From a virus (lineage: Duplodnaviria > Caudoviricetes): a DNA stretch of 55,476 nt. The notes beneath the pieces were generated by a model. The model was not told where the DNA came from and made no database searches. It saw only the letters and a program-made list of their open reading frames with translations. The stretch is taken from the IMG/VR virus record IMGVR_UViG_3300006735_006281, positions 1 through 55,476 of that record, one strand, 5' to 3'. Positions 21,150 to 29,685 of this stretch are shown here, one piece after another (the first letter of the stretch is position 1; each line of letters opens with the position of its first letter). The position numbers were made by a program, and so were the translations under genes.

Positions 21150-22699
21150 TGTACCACATTTATAAATTGTCCTATTATTGCTCCTTTACGATTGTCTCCT
21201 AACGCTTGTCCAATATATGGAAAAAGTCTCTCCATATAATCTTTTTGTAATCTATTAAGTTTTTCATCATCCTTATCTCTTGTTTTACTTTCATAATGAT
21301 AAGCCACAGCATCACTTACAAATAAATTCACTCTACCTTCTAATAGAATGGCAAAGTTTAACTCCGCGTCTTCAAAACACTCAATGTAGGTAGGGTTAAA
21401 TCCACCCACTTTTAAGAATAAGTCTTTTTCTACTAATAGAAAAGCCCCAGTATTCCCTACTACGGGGGCAACACCTTCATAGGAATGTTTATAGGCTTGT
21501 CTTAAGTTATAGTGAGATATTTCAATCCTACTTAAACCTCTTTCACTTAACCATTCTTTTTTTAACCAAAGTAACATACCACCATGTTGTACGGTATTAT
21601 CACCAAAATGTAATCTAGCACCAACAGTACCAACCTTTCTTCTGTTCTTAATCCAAGTAGAAACCATTCTACTAATGGCATCATTAATTAATTCAATATC
21701 ATTGTTGCAAAATAATAGTAATTCAGTATCTTCAGAAATATAGTCATAAACAACTTCATTATTAATTTGTGCAAAGTTATAGTAATCAAACTTAACTAAT
21801 TTTATTTTTTCATTTGTTTCACAAAAATTTTCTATTTCTTTTAGATTTTTTTCTGTACTACCAGTATCTGCAACAACAATTTCATAATTAGTGTAATTAG
21901 TTTTATTTAAGATAGAATTAAGACATGTAAAAAGAATTTCTATATTATCTTTTGTGGGTATGATTATTGAGAGTTTCGGTTGTTTTTTAATCTTAATTTC
22001 TTTTTTTGGGTAAAAAATTTCGACATCAACCTCTGAGGGTAAATTTTTAGAATGTCTTTCCACAAATAACTTACGATTTTCTTCCCACTCTTCATTAGTT
22101 TCTCCTACGGATTTATGTGTTATTCTAATGTTAGTCATAACACCAACTTTTACACCTTCTAGATGATTAGTAAAGGTAAAATCAACATCATAAAAATGAA
22201 ACCCACTAACCTCTTCATTAAAGTTTTTAACTATTTTTTTTCTATTTACTGCAAAAAATAATCCATCTAACATAACAACAGGTATTACATTATTAATAAA
22301 TGGTCTAGAGTATTTAGACTCCCAGGTTCTTCCTTCGTTTGAGTGATTAACTATTCCTACCATATTACTTAAGGATTGGTTAATATCGTCCCACCATCTA
22401 CCGCTTTCAGGTAGTTTTCTTGTGCCGGCTAAACCTAATATACCAAAGTCTGTTTCACTAAAATGTTTTAATAATCTTTTACCCCATTTTTTTGTGTTAA
22501 AAATAATATCGTCGTGACAAAATAAAATTATGTCATTTTTTGCTTCTTTTAATGCTTTATTATAAATTTTAGTTAGTGATTCACCGTTGGGGTTTTCATA
22601 ACAAAGTACTTCTACATTTCTAATTCCAGAAGTTTCTTTTAACTGTTGGATGTAAAGTTCCTCTTTTTTTCTAGTACTAAAGGCTATTGTTAAGTTCAT
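21146..22699 (-). CDS. Two-domain GT-A glycosyltransferase
   Basis: N domain: YNKAL..AKNDIILFCHDDI, LDGLF, FHFYDVD. C domain: SIIIPTKDN, VADTGS, LFCNNDIE, GNTGAFLL, EDAEL. Likely start ATG 22699. Confidence 0.9.
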   Translation of the reverse strand: MNLTIAFSTRKKEELYIQQLKETSGIRNVEVLCYENPNGESLTKIYNKALKEAKNDIILFCHDDIIFNTKKWGKRLLKHFSETDFGILGLAGTRKLPESGRWWDDINQSLSNMVGIVNHSNEGRTWESKYSRPFINNVIPVVMLDGLFFAVNRKKIVKNFNEEVSGFHFYDVDFTFTNHLEGVKVGVMTNIRITHKSVGETNEEWEENRKLFVERHSKNLPSEVDVEIFYPKKEIKIKKQPKLSIIIPTKDNIEILFTCLNSILNKTNYTNYEIVVADTGSTEKNLKEIENFCETNEKIKLVKFDYYNFAQINNEVVYDYISEDTELLLFCNNDIELINDAISRMVSTWIKNRRKVGTVGARLHFGDNTVQHGGMLLWLKKEWLSERGLSRIEISHYNLRQAYKHSYEGVAPVVGNTGAFLLVEKDLFLKVGGFNPTYIECFEDAELNFAILLEGRVNLFVSDAVAYHYESKTRDKDDEKLNRLQKDYMERLFPYIGQALGDNRKGAIIGQFINVVQ

Positions 22700-22700
22700 A

Positions 22701-23318
22701 TTATTTTCCTGTTGATCCAAAACCGTCGGTTCCTCTATCAGTCTTGGTTGTTATTTTTTCATTATTTATTAAGTCTATGTATTCTCCAGTAACTACTGGA
22801 CATAAACAAGCTTGTGCAATTCTGTCACCTTTTTTTATTTGCCTTGTCTCATTACTAAAATTGGCTAAAATAATCTTAATTTCACCAATGTATCCTTGGT
22901 CTATAGTTCCAGGTGAGTTTAATACAAACAAACCTTCTTTTAAGGATAGTCCAGAACGACTTCTAATTTGTACCTCAAACCCTACTGGTATTTCTAAACT
23001 AATTCCAGTCGCGATTAATGCTACTTCTTTTGGTTTTATTTCTGTTTCTTCAGCGGCACTTAAATCAAATCCACTATCTAATTTATAAGCAAAAGAAGGA
23101 TTTTTATTTTCTGATGAATTTGTATAACGTAATTCTATTTTAAGTTTTTCATTAAAGGGTGATTTTGATCCTTGTTGTTGTTGTGTGTATTGTTCATTCG
23201 CGGCGTTTATTTCACCAGTTAATGCCGTTAAATCTTCTAAGGAGGCGTCGTCAGAAAGAGACTCGTATTTATCTACCAACTTACCAAATACCTTTTCTAA
23301 ATCATTAATATTATCCAT
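22701..23318 (-). CDS. dut: dUTPase (trimeric) with N-terminal extension
   Basis: SGFDL, RSRSGLS, PGTIDQGYIGE, GDRIAQ, RGTDGFGSTG. Confidence 0.95.
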   Translation of the reverse strand: MDNINDLEKVFGKLVDKYESLSDDASLEDLTALTGEINAANEQYTQQQQGSKSPFNEKLKIELRYTNSSENKNPSFAYKLDSGFDLSAAEETEIKPKEVALIATGISLEIPVGFEVQIRSRSGLSLKEGLFVLNSPGTIDQGYIGEIKIILANFSNETRQIKKGDRIAQACLCPVVTGEYIDLINNEKITTKTDRGTDGFGSTGK

Positions 23319-23319
23319 T

Positions 23320-24018
23320 TTATAAACTTTTAACTTTTTTTATTATTTTAATTAATGAACTTACGTCTTTTTCACAATAAGACATAATTTCAGTCTTTTT
23401 ATCATTATACCAAGATTCATGTACATTTTCTCCAGTAACTTCTCCTTCTTTAGATGAAGGTATGCCCATTACAGAAGTAACTAAATGTAAAGAAGAAAGA
23501 CCTTTATAGGAACCAAAATTCCACATTTCCTTAGTATCCAATGCTTTTATTTCCCAGGGTTTGGTGTCGTGAGATGGTAATAATGTAGGTGGATTAATGT
23601 TATTAATTAACATTCTTTTACCTAGGTAGGGTAAATCAAAATTCTTAATATTGTGCCCACATAGGGTAAAATCTAAACCTTTTATTTTATTGAGTAGTGT
23701 GGATAACTGGATAAGGTCTTCTTTTTCATTACCAGTGCAAAAAGATTGTATTTTTTCTTCACCTCCATTTATAAAACCCACACTAACACAAACAATTTTT
23801 CCAAATTCAGGTAATAAAGCGGAATATTTCTTATAAAGAAAATCACAATCTTTTTCTGAGTCCTCTGAGTAATGTCTTCTAAAATAAGAACAACCAATAG
23901 TATCCCACAAATCCCAAAGTGTAGGATTCATTTTTTTTAATTCATAAGAATCTTTATATGAACCTACGGTCTCTATATCGATAAACAATAATTTATTTTT
24001 ATTAATATTCTCTAACAT
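23320..24018 (-). CDS. Stand-alone 3'-5' exonuclease (PolB-related DnaQ/RNase H fold)
   Basis: FIDIETV (ExoI), GHNIKNFDLPY (ExoII), YCEKDV (ExoIII). Confidence 0.88.
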   Translation of the reverse strand: MLENINKNKLLFIDIETVGSYKDSYELKKMNPTLWDLWDTIGCSYFRRHYSEDSEKDCDFLYKKYSALLPEFGKIVCVSVGFINGGEEKIQSFCTGNEKEDLIQLSTLLNKIKGLDFTLCGHNIKNFDLPYLGKRMLINNINPPTLLPSHDTKPWEIKALDTKEMWNFGSYKGLSSLHLVTSVMGIPSSKEGEVTGENVHESWYNDKKTEIMSYCEKDVSSLIKIIKKVKSL

Positions 24019-24029
24019 TCTTCCTTATT

Positions 24030-25226
24030 TTATTTATTAACAATACTTCTATACCATTCTGCTCTAGTTTTTGTAACTTCTTTAATGTGATATTTTTGAA
24101 CATCTTCATAAAGTTGTTCACCTAAATCTTTTATCATATTTGGATTATTGATTAAAGTTTTAATGTGTTTGTACCATTGTTTATGGTTTTTTGATGTTGG
24201 AACCAATAATGAATTTTTTCCATGGACACAGTCGATAGCATAAGGACCAAAATCCTGCGCAATCAAAGCTTTTTTATGGAATCCAGCTTCGATGACTTTT
24301 AATTGAGATTTAACTCGATTAAACGTAGTTTCTTTTAGAGGTGCTAAAGAGACATCCATCAAATTATAATTTGTGGCATATGTTGTTATAGGTTTTGTCC
24401 AAACCCTTCGATAATTATCGTCTGTTGATTTTGGTATTCCTTTTTTGAATTGTAATAATTCATCTATATCTTTTTTATTATTGATTATGTCATAATCTCC
24501 ACTCATTATTTGTTCATAGATATACCAAACAGATTCTTTTGGTTCTATTTTTCTAGTGTGTTTTGTCCCATCGGGACCAATTGTAGTCATCGACCCTCTT
24601 GTGTCAAAACCACATAAAACCATCTGATACTTATTTTTAAGTGTTGGATCGGCTTTTAATTTTTGTATATTTCCCCTTAAGATATCTAAGTCGTGTAAGT
24701 GGGAAGAACCACCTAACCACCCGATTCTAACTACATCAGAATCTTCTGGTTTAGGGGTAAATTGTCGTTTACTAGGGTCAATCGCATTAGGGAATGTTTC
24801 AACATTTTTATTATACGGTATAATTTCTTTAACAAATTCTTTAGTTGTAGTGGTAACATACTCTGCGGCTTTTACATTTTCGATTATTCTAAGATTAATT
24901 TTTTCTTCTACAATCATTGTATGGGCAGGATGTTCTGGACCAGGCATCCAAAAATCATCAATATCCATTATTGTTTTTATTCCCCACTTTTTACAGTCTT
25001 TTAATAATCGAAGACAATTACCCCAATCACCCATACCTCTATGGAAGTGAAGAATATCAAAATCTTGCCAATAAGTGTCCCTATTTTTCCATGGGTCATA
25101 ATTTATTTCAACCCTAAATTCATCAGGATAATATTTTTCTAAGGCAGTGTGAGGATCTATTGACCTAAACGATCCAACACCTGTTCTATCTGAAGGTACT
25201 ACTAATACTTTTATTTTTTTAGACAT
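24030..25226 (-). CDS. GT-B glycosyltransferase (GT4-like)
   Basis: GVGSFRS, MDIDDFW, FPNAID, IGWLGGSSHLHDL, SLAPL..TTFNRVKSQLKVIEAG. Confidence 0.85.
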   Translation of the reverse strand: MSKKIKVLVVPSDRTGVGSFRSIDPHTALEKYYPDEFRVEINYDPWKNRDTYWQDFDILHFHRGMGDWGNCLRLLKDCKKWGIKTIMDIDDFWMPGPEHPAHTMIVEEKINLRIIENVKAAEYVTTTTKEFVKEIIPYNKNVETFPNAIDPSKRQFTPKPEDSDVVRIGWLGGSSHLHDLDILRGNIQKLKADPTLKNKYQMVLCGFDTRGSMTTIGPDGTKHTRKIEPKESVWYIYEQIMSGDYDIINNKKDIDELLQFKKGIPKSTDDNYRRVWTKPITTYATNYNLMDVSLAPLKETTFNRVKSQLKVIEAGFHKKALIAQDFGPYAIDCVHGKNSLLVPTSKNHKQWYKHIKTLINNPNMIKDLGEQLYEDVQKYHIKEVTKTRAEWYRSIVNK

Positions 25227-25340
25227 ATAACTTTTATTTTAGATAATAATAATAAACAATTTTGAGAATTAAATCAAATAACTACAGTATATTAAAATAC
25301 TTATGAACCTAAATATATTTATCTATATAAAATAAATCAA

Positions 25341-28300
25341 ATGGCGATACACAATTATGCTTTTAATAATCTAGATGCTAAGATTAGTAATGACTCATAT
25401 TGGGATTTCTTTCTATCTTCAGATCAAAGAGACTTCAACCAAGAAGTAATTTATTCAACTGAGATAATGAGTTATAGTGCTCAGACAGCTCTATTCGGTA
25501 ATACTTTCTATTCAACTAGATTACCTGTTTATATGGATATAAATGACCCTCAGTGTAGTGAACAAATAGAAATGCATAATTTAGAAAGTCTTGGTGGTAT
25601 AACTGGAGTTACTTTTAGTGGGGCGGATGTAAATAGAACCGAAGGTAACTACTATATTTATTCCAACTGTCCTAAACCAGGAGAATATAATATAACTAAT
25701 AATTTTCCAACAATACAAGGACATAGTAACTATAATTGTGATAGTAATTACATGAATTACATAAATTCAACTACTAATAAACCAGTAGTAGGACAAGAGG
25801 CTGATTTTTATGTACACGTTGATAATACCGGTGCTATTACATTAAGTGCGTCTACTGCTTATTTTACCGCAATAAATGGGGGATATAATTACGAGATTAA
25901 TGACCAATTAGTTATACCCGATTCCAGTTTAGGTGGAGGAGGAGCTGCAGATGTTTTGGTTACTGTCACAGGTGTTAATTATGGTCAAATTAATAATGAA
26001 GGTAAATTTTATTCTGGTAATACATTATTAAGTAAAATGGGTTGGTCTTATGCATCGGTTACCGATTCACAAGAAATTAATGATATTGGTTTAACTGGGA
26101 TTGATAATGGACTTAGTCAAACCATGACCGGTGATACTCTATATTTAGCAACTAGTATACCAACAACACCTGACGATAAAACTTTTGATCCTAAGTGGGT
26201 GGATTACAGAATGAAAATGCATCAGGTAAGTGGATTCACTGCCAAATGGGATAGATACGCACCAGGTAAGTTGGTATCTTTTGGGACGATACAGGGAAAT
26301 ACGAATCCAAATAGGGCGGCAGGGACCTATATTATTAAAACTGATTTTAGTGGGGTGACGGTATTAAGTCAATCTGTTCAAACCTTTCCTATTGAATTGA
26401 AAATAACTGTTGATTCTACTGGTACAACCAATTCTTCGGACATTGAAATTATAAATCCTGGAAATTGGTGGTCGATAAATGATACAATATCTATACCAAG
26501 TGCTTTACTTGGTTATCCTCCAGGGGTTGCGGATTACTTAATACTAACTATTAATGCTGTAACTGGAATAGATAACGCAACAGGAGTTATGGAATCACCA
26601 ATTACTTACGGAATGAAATCAGACTATGATAGAAGTGGGTTCTATTATGATTTATATGGAGGATTTTTCCAAGGGTTTTATGATCTATTTAGTTACGGAT
26701 ATCAAGTATTACCTAAACGAGTTGATAAAGGTTGGACGGTTGAGTGTTTGCTAAAAGTTAGGTCTTCGGGCTCTAGTTGGAATAACCAAGTTGGGACCAC
26801 CTTAAATACGGCTTACCCAAGTAATGAAGGTCTCTTCTTTTATCTTGGTGCTCGTTCAGAAAATAAATTTTATAATTGTTTTAGTGGTGAAACTGGTTAT
26901 ACTACTTCCGATAACCAAACCGATTTATATAATTGTACTGGTAGTTGTGTTTATACGGGATTGTCAGCAGACACCTGTCAAAGTGCGGTAAATTATGCGT
27001 GTGAGGATGGAACTTGTACCGACGAGGCAAGTTGTATCGACCCAACTCAGTGTAATTCATCATGGGTTAGTTTAGGTACTAATACTGGATGGACATATGA
27101 TGACCAAGTATTTAATGGTAATTTTTACACAAGTGCACAAACAGAATACCAAATAATGAGTAATAATTTTGCTCTTAGGTTAAGTGGTGGTCCAGAATAT
27201 GGAGGGTATAAATTAGGTTATAGGGTTTTAAGATTTACAGGGGATACTTCAGTTACTGGTACAAGTGATAGTTTTGCTTGTTCTGGTGGAACCTACGCAA
27301 CAGGATACACAATAGAAGAGTCCTATTCATCACATCCTATATGTACAGGATTAACTCAAGATTCTTGGATTAAGGTGGACGCGGTATTTAAGCGTAATAA
27401 CTTTTACGCGACAGATTTACAAAAACTTTGGAAGGGTGGGACAAATCTAATAACAACTTTAACTTGTGAGGAAGAAACTGTAGCAATGTCAGGATCTAGT
27501 GCAACAACAACAAATATAATAGAAGGAGAAAAACTATTTTTACAAAACATAGCTTGGACTGGTGATAGGAATAATAGAGTGGGGGATCTTACTTTATATG
27601 TTAATTCTAGACCAGTCCTAAAAGTTCCAAATTTTGAGGAAGTAATACCTAGAAGACTAAATGAGCTTCCAATGAAACAACTAACCGAACCATACTCAAT
27701 GTCATGGGGAGGTGGTTCCCAAGGTTTGTATGAATCTTTAACTTTAAGTGGTAGTCCAGGCGAATCAGCCATTCTACAGTCTCAACTATTAACAGAAGTA
27801 ATATCGGCTAATGCTAATAAAATGTGGACTCCTATATATATTGGTGATATTTGGCAATGGGAAGGGCAACCAGCTTGTGCGGTAAATTACTGTAGTCCAA
27901 CATGGACTAACGCTGCGGTTGGTGGTATTTTTCAACAATCTGATTTTGTCTATAATGGGTCGTATGGAACGGGTTCACAATGGTTGTGGAATTTCTCCAC
28001 AGCAGGGGCTAATTACATAGCAAATGGATCAGTAAATACCTTAAACGCGTCGCCATTTGATTATGGACAATCTTATGATGTAGGTGATACACTTACTCTA
28101 CCGAATGTCGCAACAGGATGGAACCAACCGGCAAGTCCCTACACTCCATTCGTTGCAACAATTACACAAACAGGTACCGCAACTATTACAGATGATTTAA
28201 CTACCGGTAGTGTTACAATTAACACAACAACAAATGCGCTAAGTGGGGTGGTACAAAGAGGTACTTTATACTATAAAGAACAAGATTACAAGCACCCTGT

Positions 28301-29249
28301 AGTTTCTGGTGAAACTTATGATGTTTTTGTACAAGCATATAAAGTAAGTGGAAACACCACTTTAGATATGGGTATTTCTGCAACTACAGCTAGTACATCT
28401 TACTTTAATTTATCTCCTAATGGTCCTGAGGTTAGATATTTTTGGCAAAATCAAGAATTAAATCCTTCATCAGGTAATACACTTTTATATTATTCTTATA
28501 AGGCCACTTTAACTGGAGATTTATTTATAGGACCAACTCCTGGTACTGTTGGGGAAATGGTTATTGAAAAAGTGGTATTTTCTAAACAGGTTTATAGACG
28601 AGACGTTGCCGATGAAAGTATGTTAATACAAAGAAATTTTGGAGGAAGTTATATGGGAGGGATTTCGCAAATGCGTTTTTATATAGAACCACTAGATGCA
28701 AGTGAACTTATACATAATTACTATGTTAATATGGAAAGATATGGGTTGGAGGATTGTATATGTGGAAACGCTAATTTCCCAGTTGAGGGATGTGATGCAG
28801 AATACGGAATATATACTTTTCCTGTGGGTATTGACACTATTTCATTAGATTTTAGTTATAGAATGATTAGGTGGGATTATGAAGAAACAGTAAACGTTAC
28901 TTCTTATTCTGGTACAACAAACAATCACGATTTACCATTACTCTATAGTTCACAGGAACCTTACTGTACAGACCAAACTACAATACAACCTTTCTTAAGT
29001 GAATTAACCGCACCTTATGGTGGTAGACCTATTACCCATAAATGTTTTACTCAAGCAGATTGTGTTGGAACTGGATTTGGTCAATGTGGTGGAACATGGC
29101 ATGATGATGGAACATCAGGTACGGCGGTACCACCTAGAATAAAGTTTCCTTTTACCATTGTTCCTAATGAACCATTAACAATTAGTATAACTCGTGTAAA
29201 CCCAGCACAAGAGGCTAAAATAACATTTACCGGAAAAAGGGTAAGGTAA
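25341..29249 (+). CDS. Large virion structural protein, 1302 aa, with internal beta repeats
   Basis: Rich in Thr/Gly/Ser/Cys; three GxxY/WxxxD-type repeat domains; LamG-like segments (WTVEC, LYVN, GGISQMRFY..PL); TATTTAT box upstream. Confidence 0.7.
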   Translation: MAIHNYAFNNLDAKISNDSYWDFFLSSDQRDFNQEVIYSTEIMSYSAQTALFGNTFYSTRLPVYMDINDPQCSEQIEMHNLESLGGITGVTFSGADVNRTEGNYYIYSNCPKPGEYNITNNFPTIQGHSNYNCDSNYMNYINSTTNKPVVGQEADFYVHVDNTGAITLSASTAYFTAINGGYNYEINDQLVIPDSSLGGGGAADVLVTVTGVNYGQINNEGKFYSGNTLLSKMGWSYASVTDSQEINDIGLTGIDNGLSQTMTGDTLYLATSIPTTPDDKTFDPKWVDYRMKMHQVSGFTAKWDRYAPGKLVSFGTIQGNTNPNRAAGTYIIKTDFSGVTVLSQSVQTFPIELKITVDSTGTTNSSDIEIINPGNWWSINDTISIPSALLGYPPGVADYLILTINAVTGIDNATGVMESPITYGMKSDYDRSGFYYDLYGGFFQGFYDLFSYGYQVLPKRVDKGWTVECLLKVRSSGSSWNNQVGTTLNTAYPSNEGLFFYLGARSENKFYNCFSGETGYTTSDNQTDLYNCTGSCVYTGLSADTCQSAVNYACEDGTCTDEASCIDPTQCNSSWVSLGTNTGWTYDDQVFNGNFYTSAQTEYQIMSNNFALRLSGGPEYGGYKLGYRVLRFTGDTSVTGTSDSFACSGGTYATGYTIEESYSSHPICTGLTQDSWIKVDAVFKRNNFYATDLQKLWKGGTNLITTLTCEEETVAMSGSSATTTNIIEGEKLFLQNIAWTGDRNNRVGDLTLYVNSRPVLKVPNFEEVIPRRLNELPMKQLTEPYSMSWGGGSQGLYESLTLSGSPGESAILQSQLLTEVISANANKMWTPIYIGDIWQWEGQPACAVNYCSPTWTNAAVGGIFQQSDFVYNGSYGTGSQWLWNFSTAGANYIANGSVNTLNASPFDYGQSYDVGDTLTLPNVATGWNQPASPYTPFVATITQTGTATITDDLTTGSVTINTTTNALSGVVQRGTLYYKEQDYKHPVVSGETYDVFVQAYKVSGNTTLDMGISATTASTSYFNLSPNGPEVRYFWQNQELNPSSGNTLLYYSYKATLTGDLFIGPTPGTVGEMVIEKVVFSKQVYRRDVADESMLIQRNFGGSYMGGISQMRFYIEPLDASELIHNYYVNMERYGLEDCICGNANFPVEGCDAEYGIYTFPVGIDTISLDFSYRMIRWDYEETVNVTSYSGTTNNHDLPLLYSSQEPYCTDQTTIQPFLSELTAPYGGRPITHKCFTQADCVGTGFGQCGGTWHDDGTSGTAVPPRIKFPFTIVPNEPLTISITRVNPAQEAKITFTGKRVR

Positions 29250-29272
29250 TAAAATATAAAGTATTTATAAGT

Positions 29273-29674
29273 ATGGACTTTTACATTAGAAAAAACTCAA
29301 CAGAACCAATCCTTAAAATGAAAGTTATTGAGGATGGTAGGAATGATTATAATAACCTTCACGATAAATTGGCAAACTCATCTATAAAATTTTCGATGAA
29401 GGATAATAATACTGGAGTTTATAAGATACTAAATAGAAGTGGAGGTATTGTTTCTTTAACAAATGTAGATGTGAACGCACCAACAGAATATTATATATTT
29501 TACAGGTTTAGAGAACAAGATACAAATACACCAGGAAGATATCAAGGAGAGTTCAGTATTTATCTTAATGATGATTGTGCAGAATTAATTGTACCAATCA
29601 GAGATAATTTATTTATAAACATAAATGACAGTTTTGCGAGAAGTAATTGTGCAAACTGTGTAGATAATTCATAA
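29273..29674 (+). CDS. BppU-like Ig-fold baseplate/fibre adaptor
   Basis: FYIRKNSTEP.L...Y.F...DT.TPGRYQGEF.I pattern; precedes the fibre gene. Confidence 0.6.
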   Translation: MDFYIRKNSTEPILKMKVIEDGRNDYNNLHDKLANSSIKFSMKDNNTGVYKILNRSGGIVSLTNVDVNAPTEYYIFYRFREQDTNTPGRYQGEFSIYLNDDCAELIVPIRDNLFININDSFARSNCANCVDNS

Positions 29675-29685
29675 AAAAGAAAAGA

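Noticed and set aside
7743-25226. Bacterial O-antigen locus or host contamination
   Set aside because: Interleaved with phage-type genes (late sigma, PhoH, dUTPase), similar base composition by eye, and no membrane or export genes.
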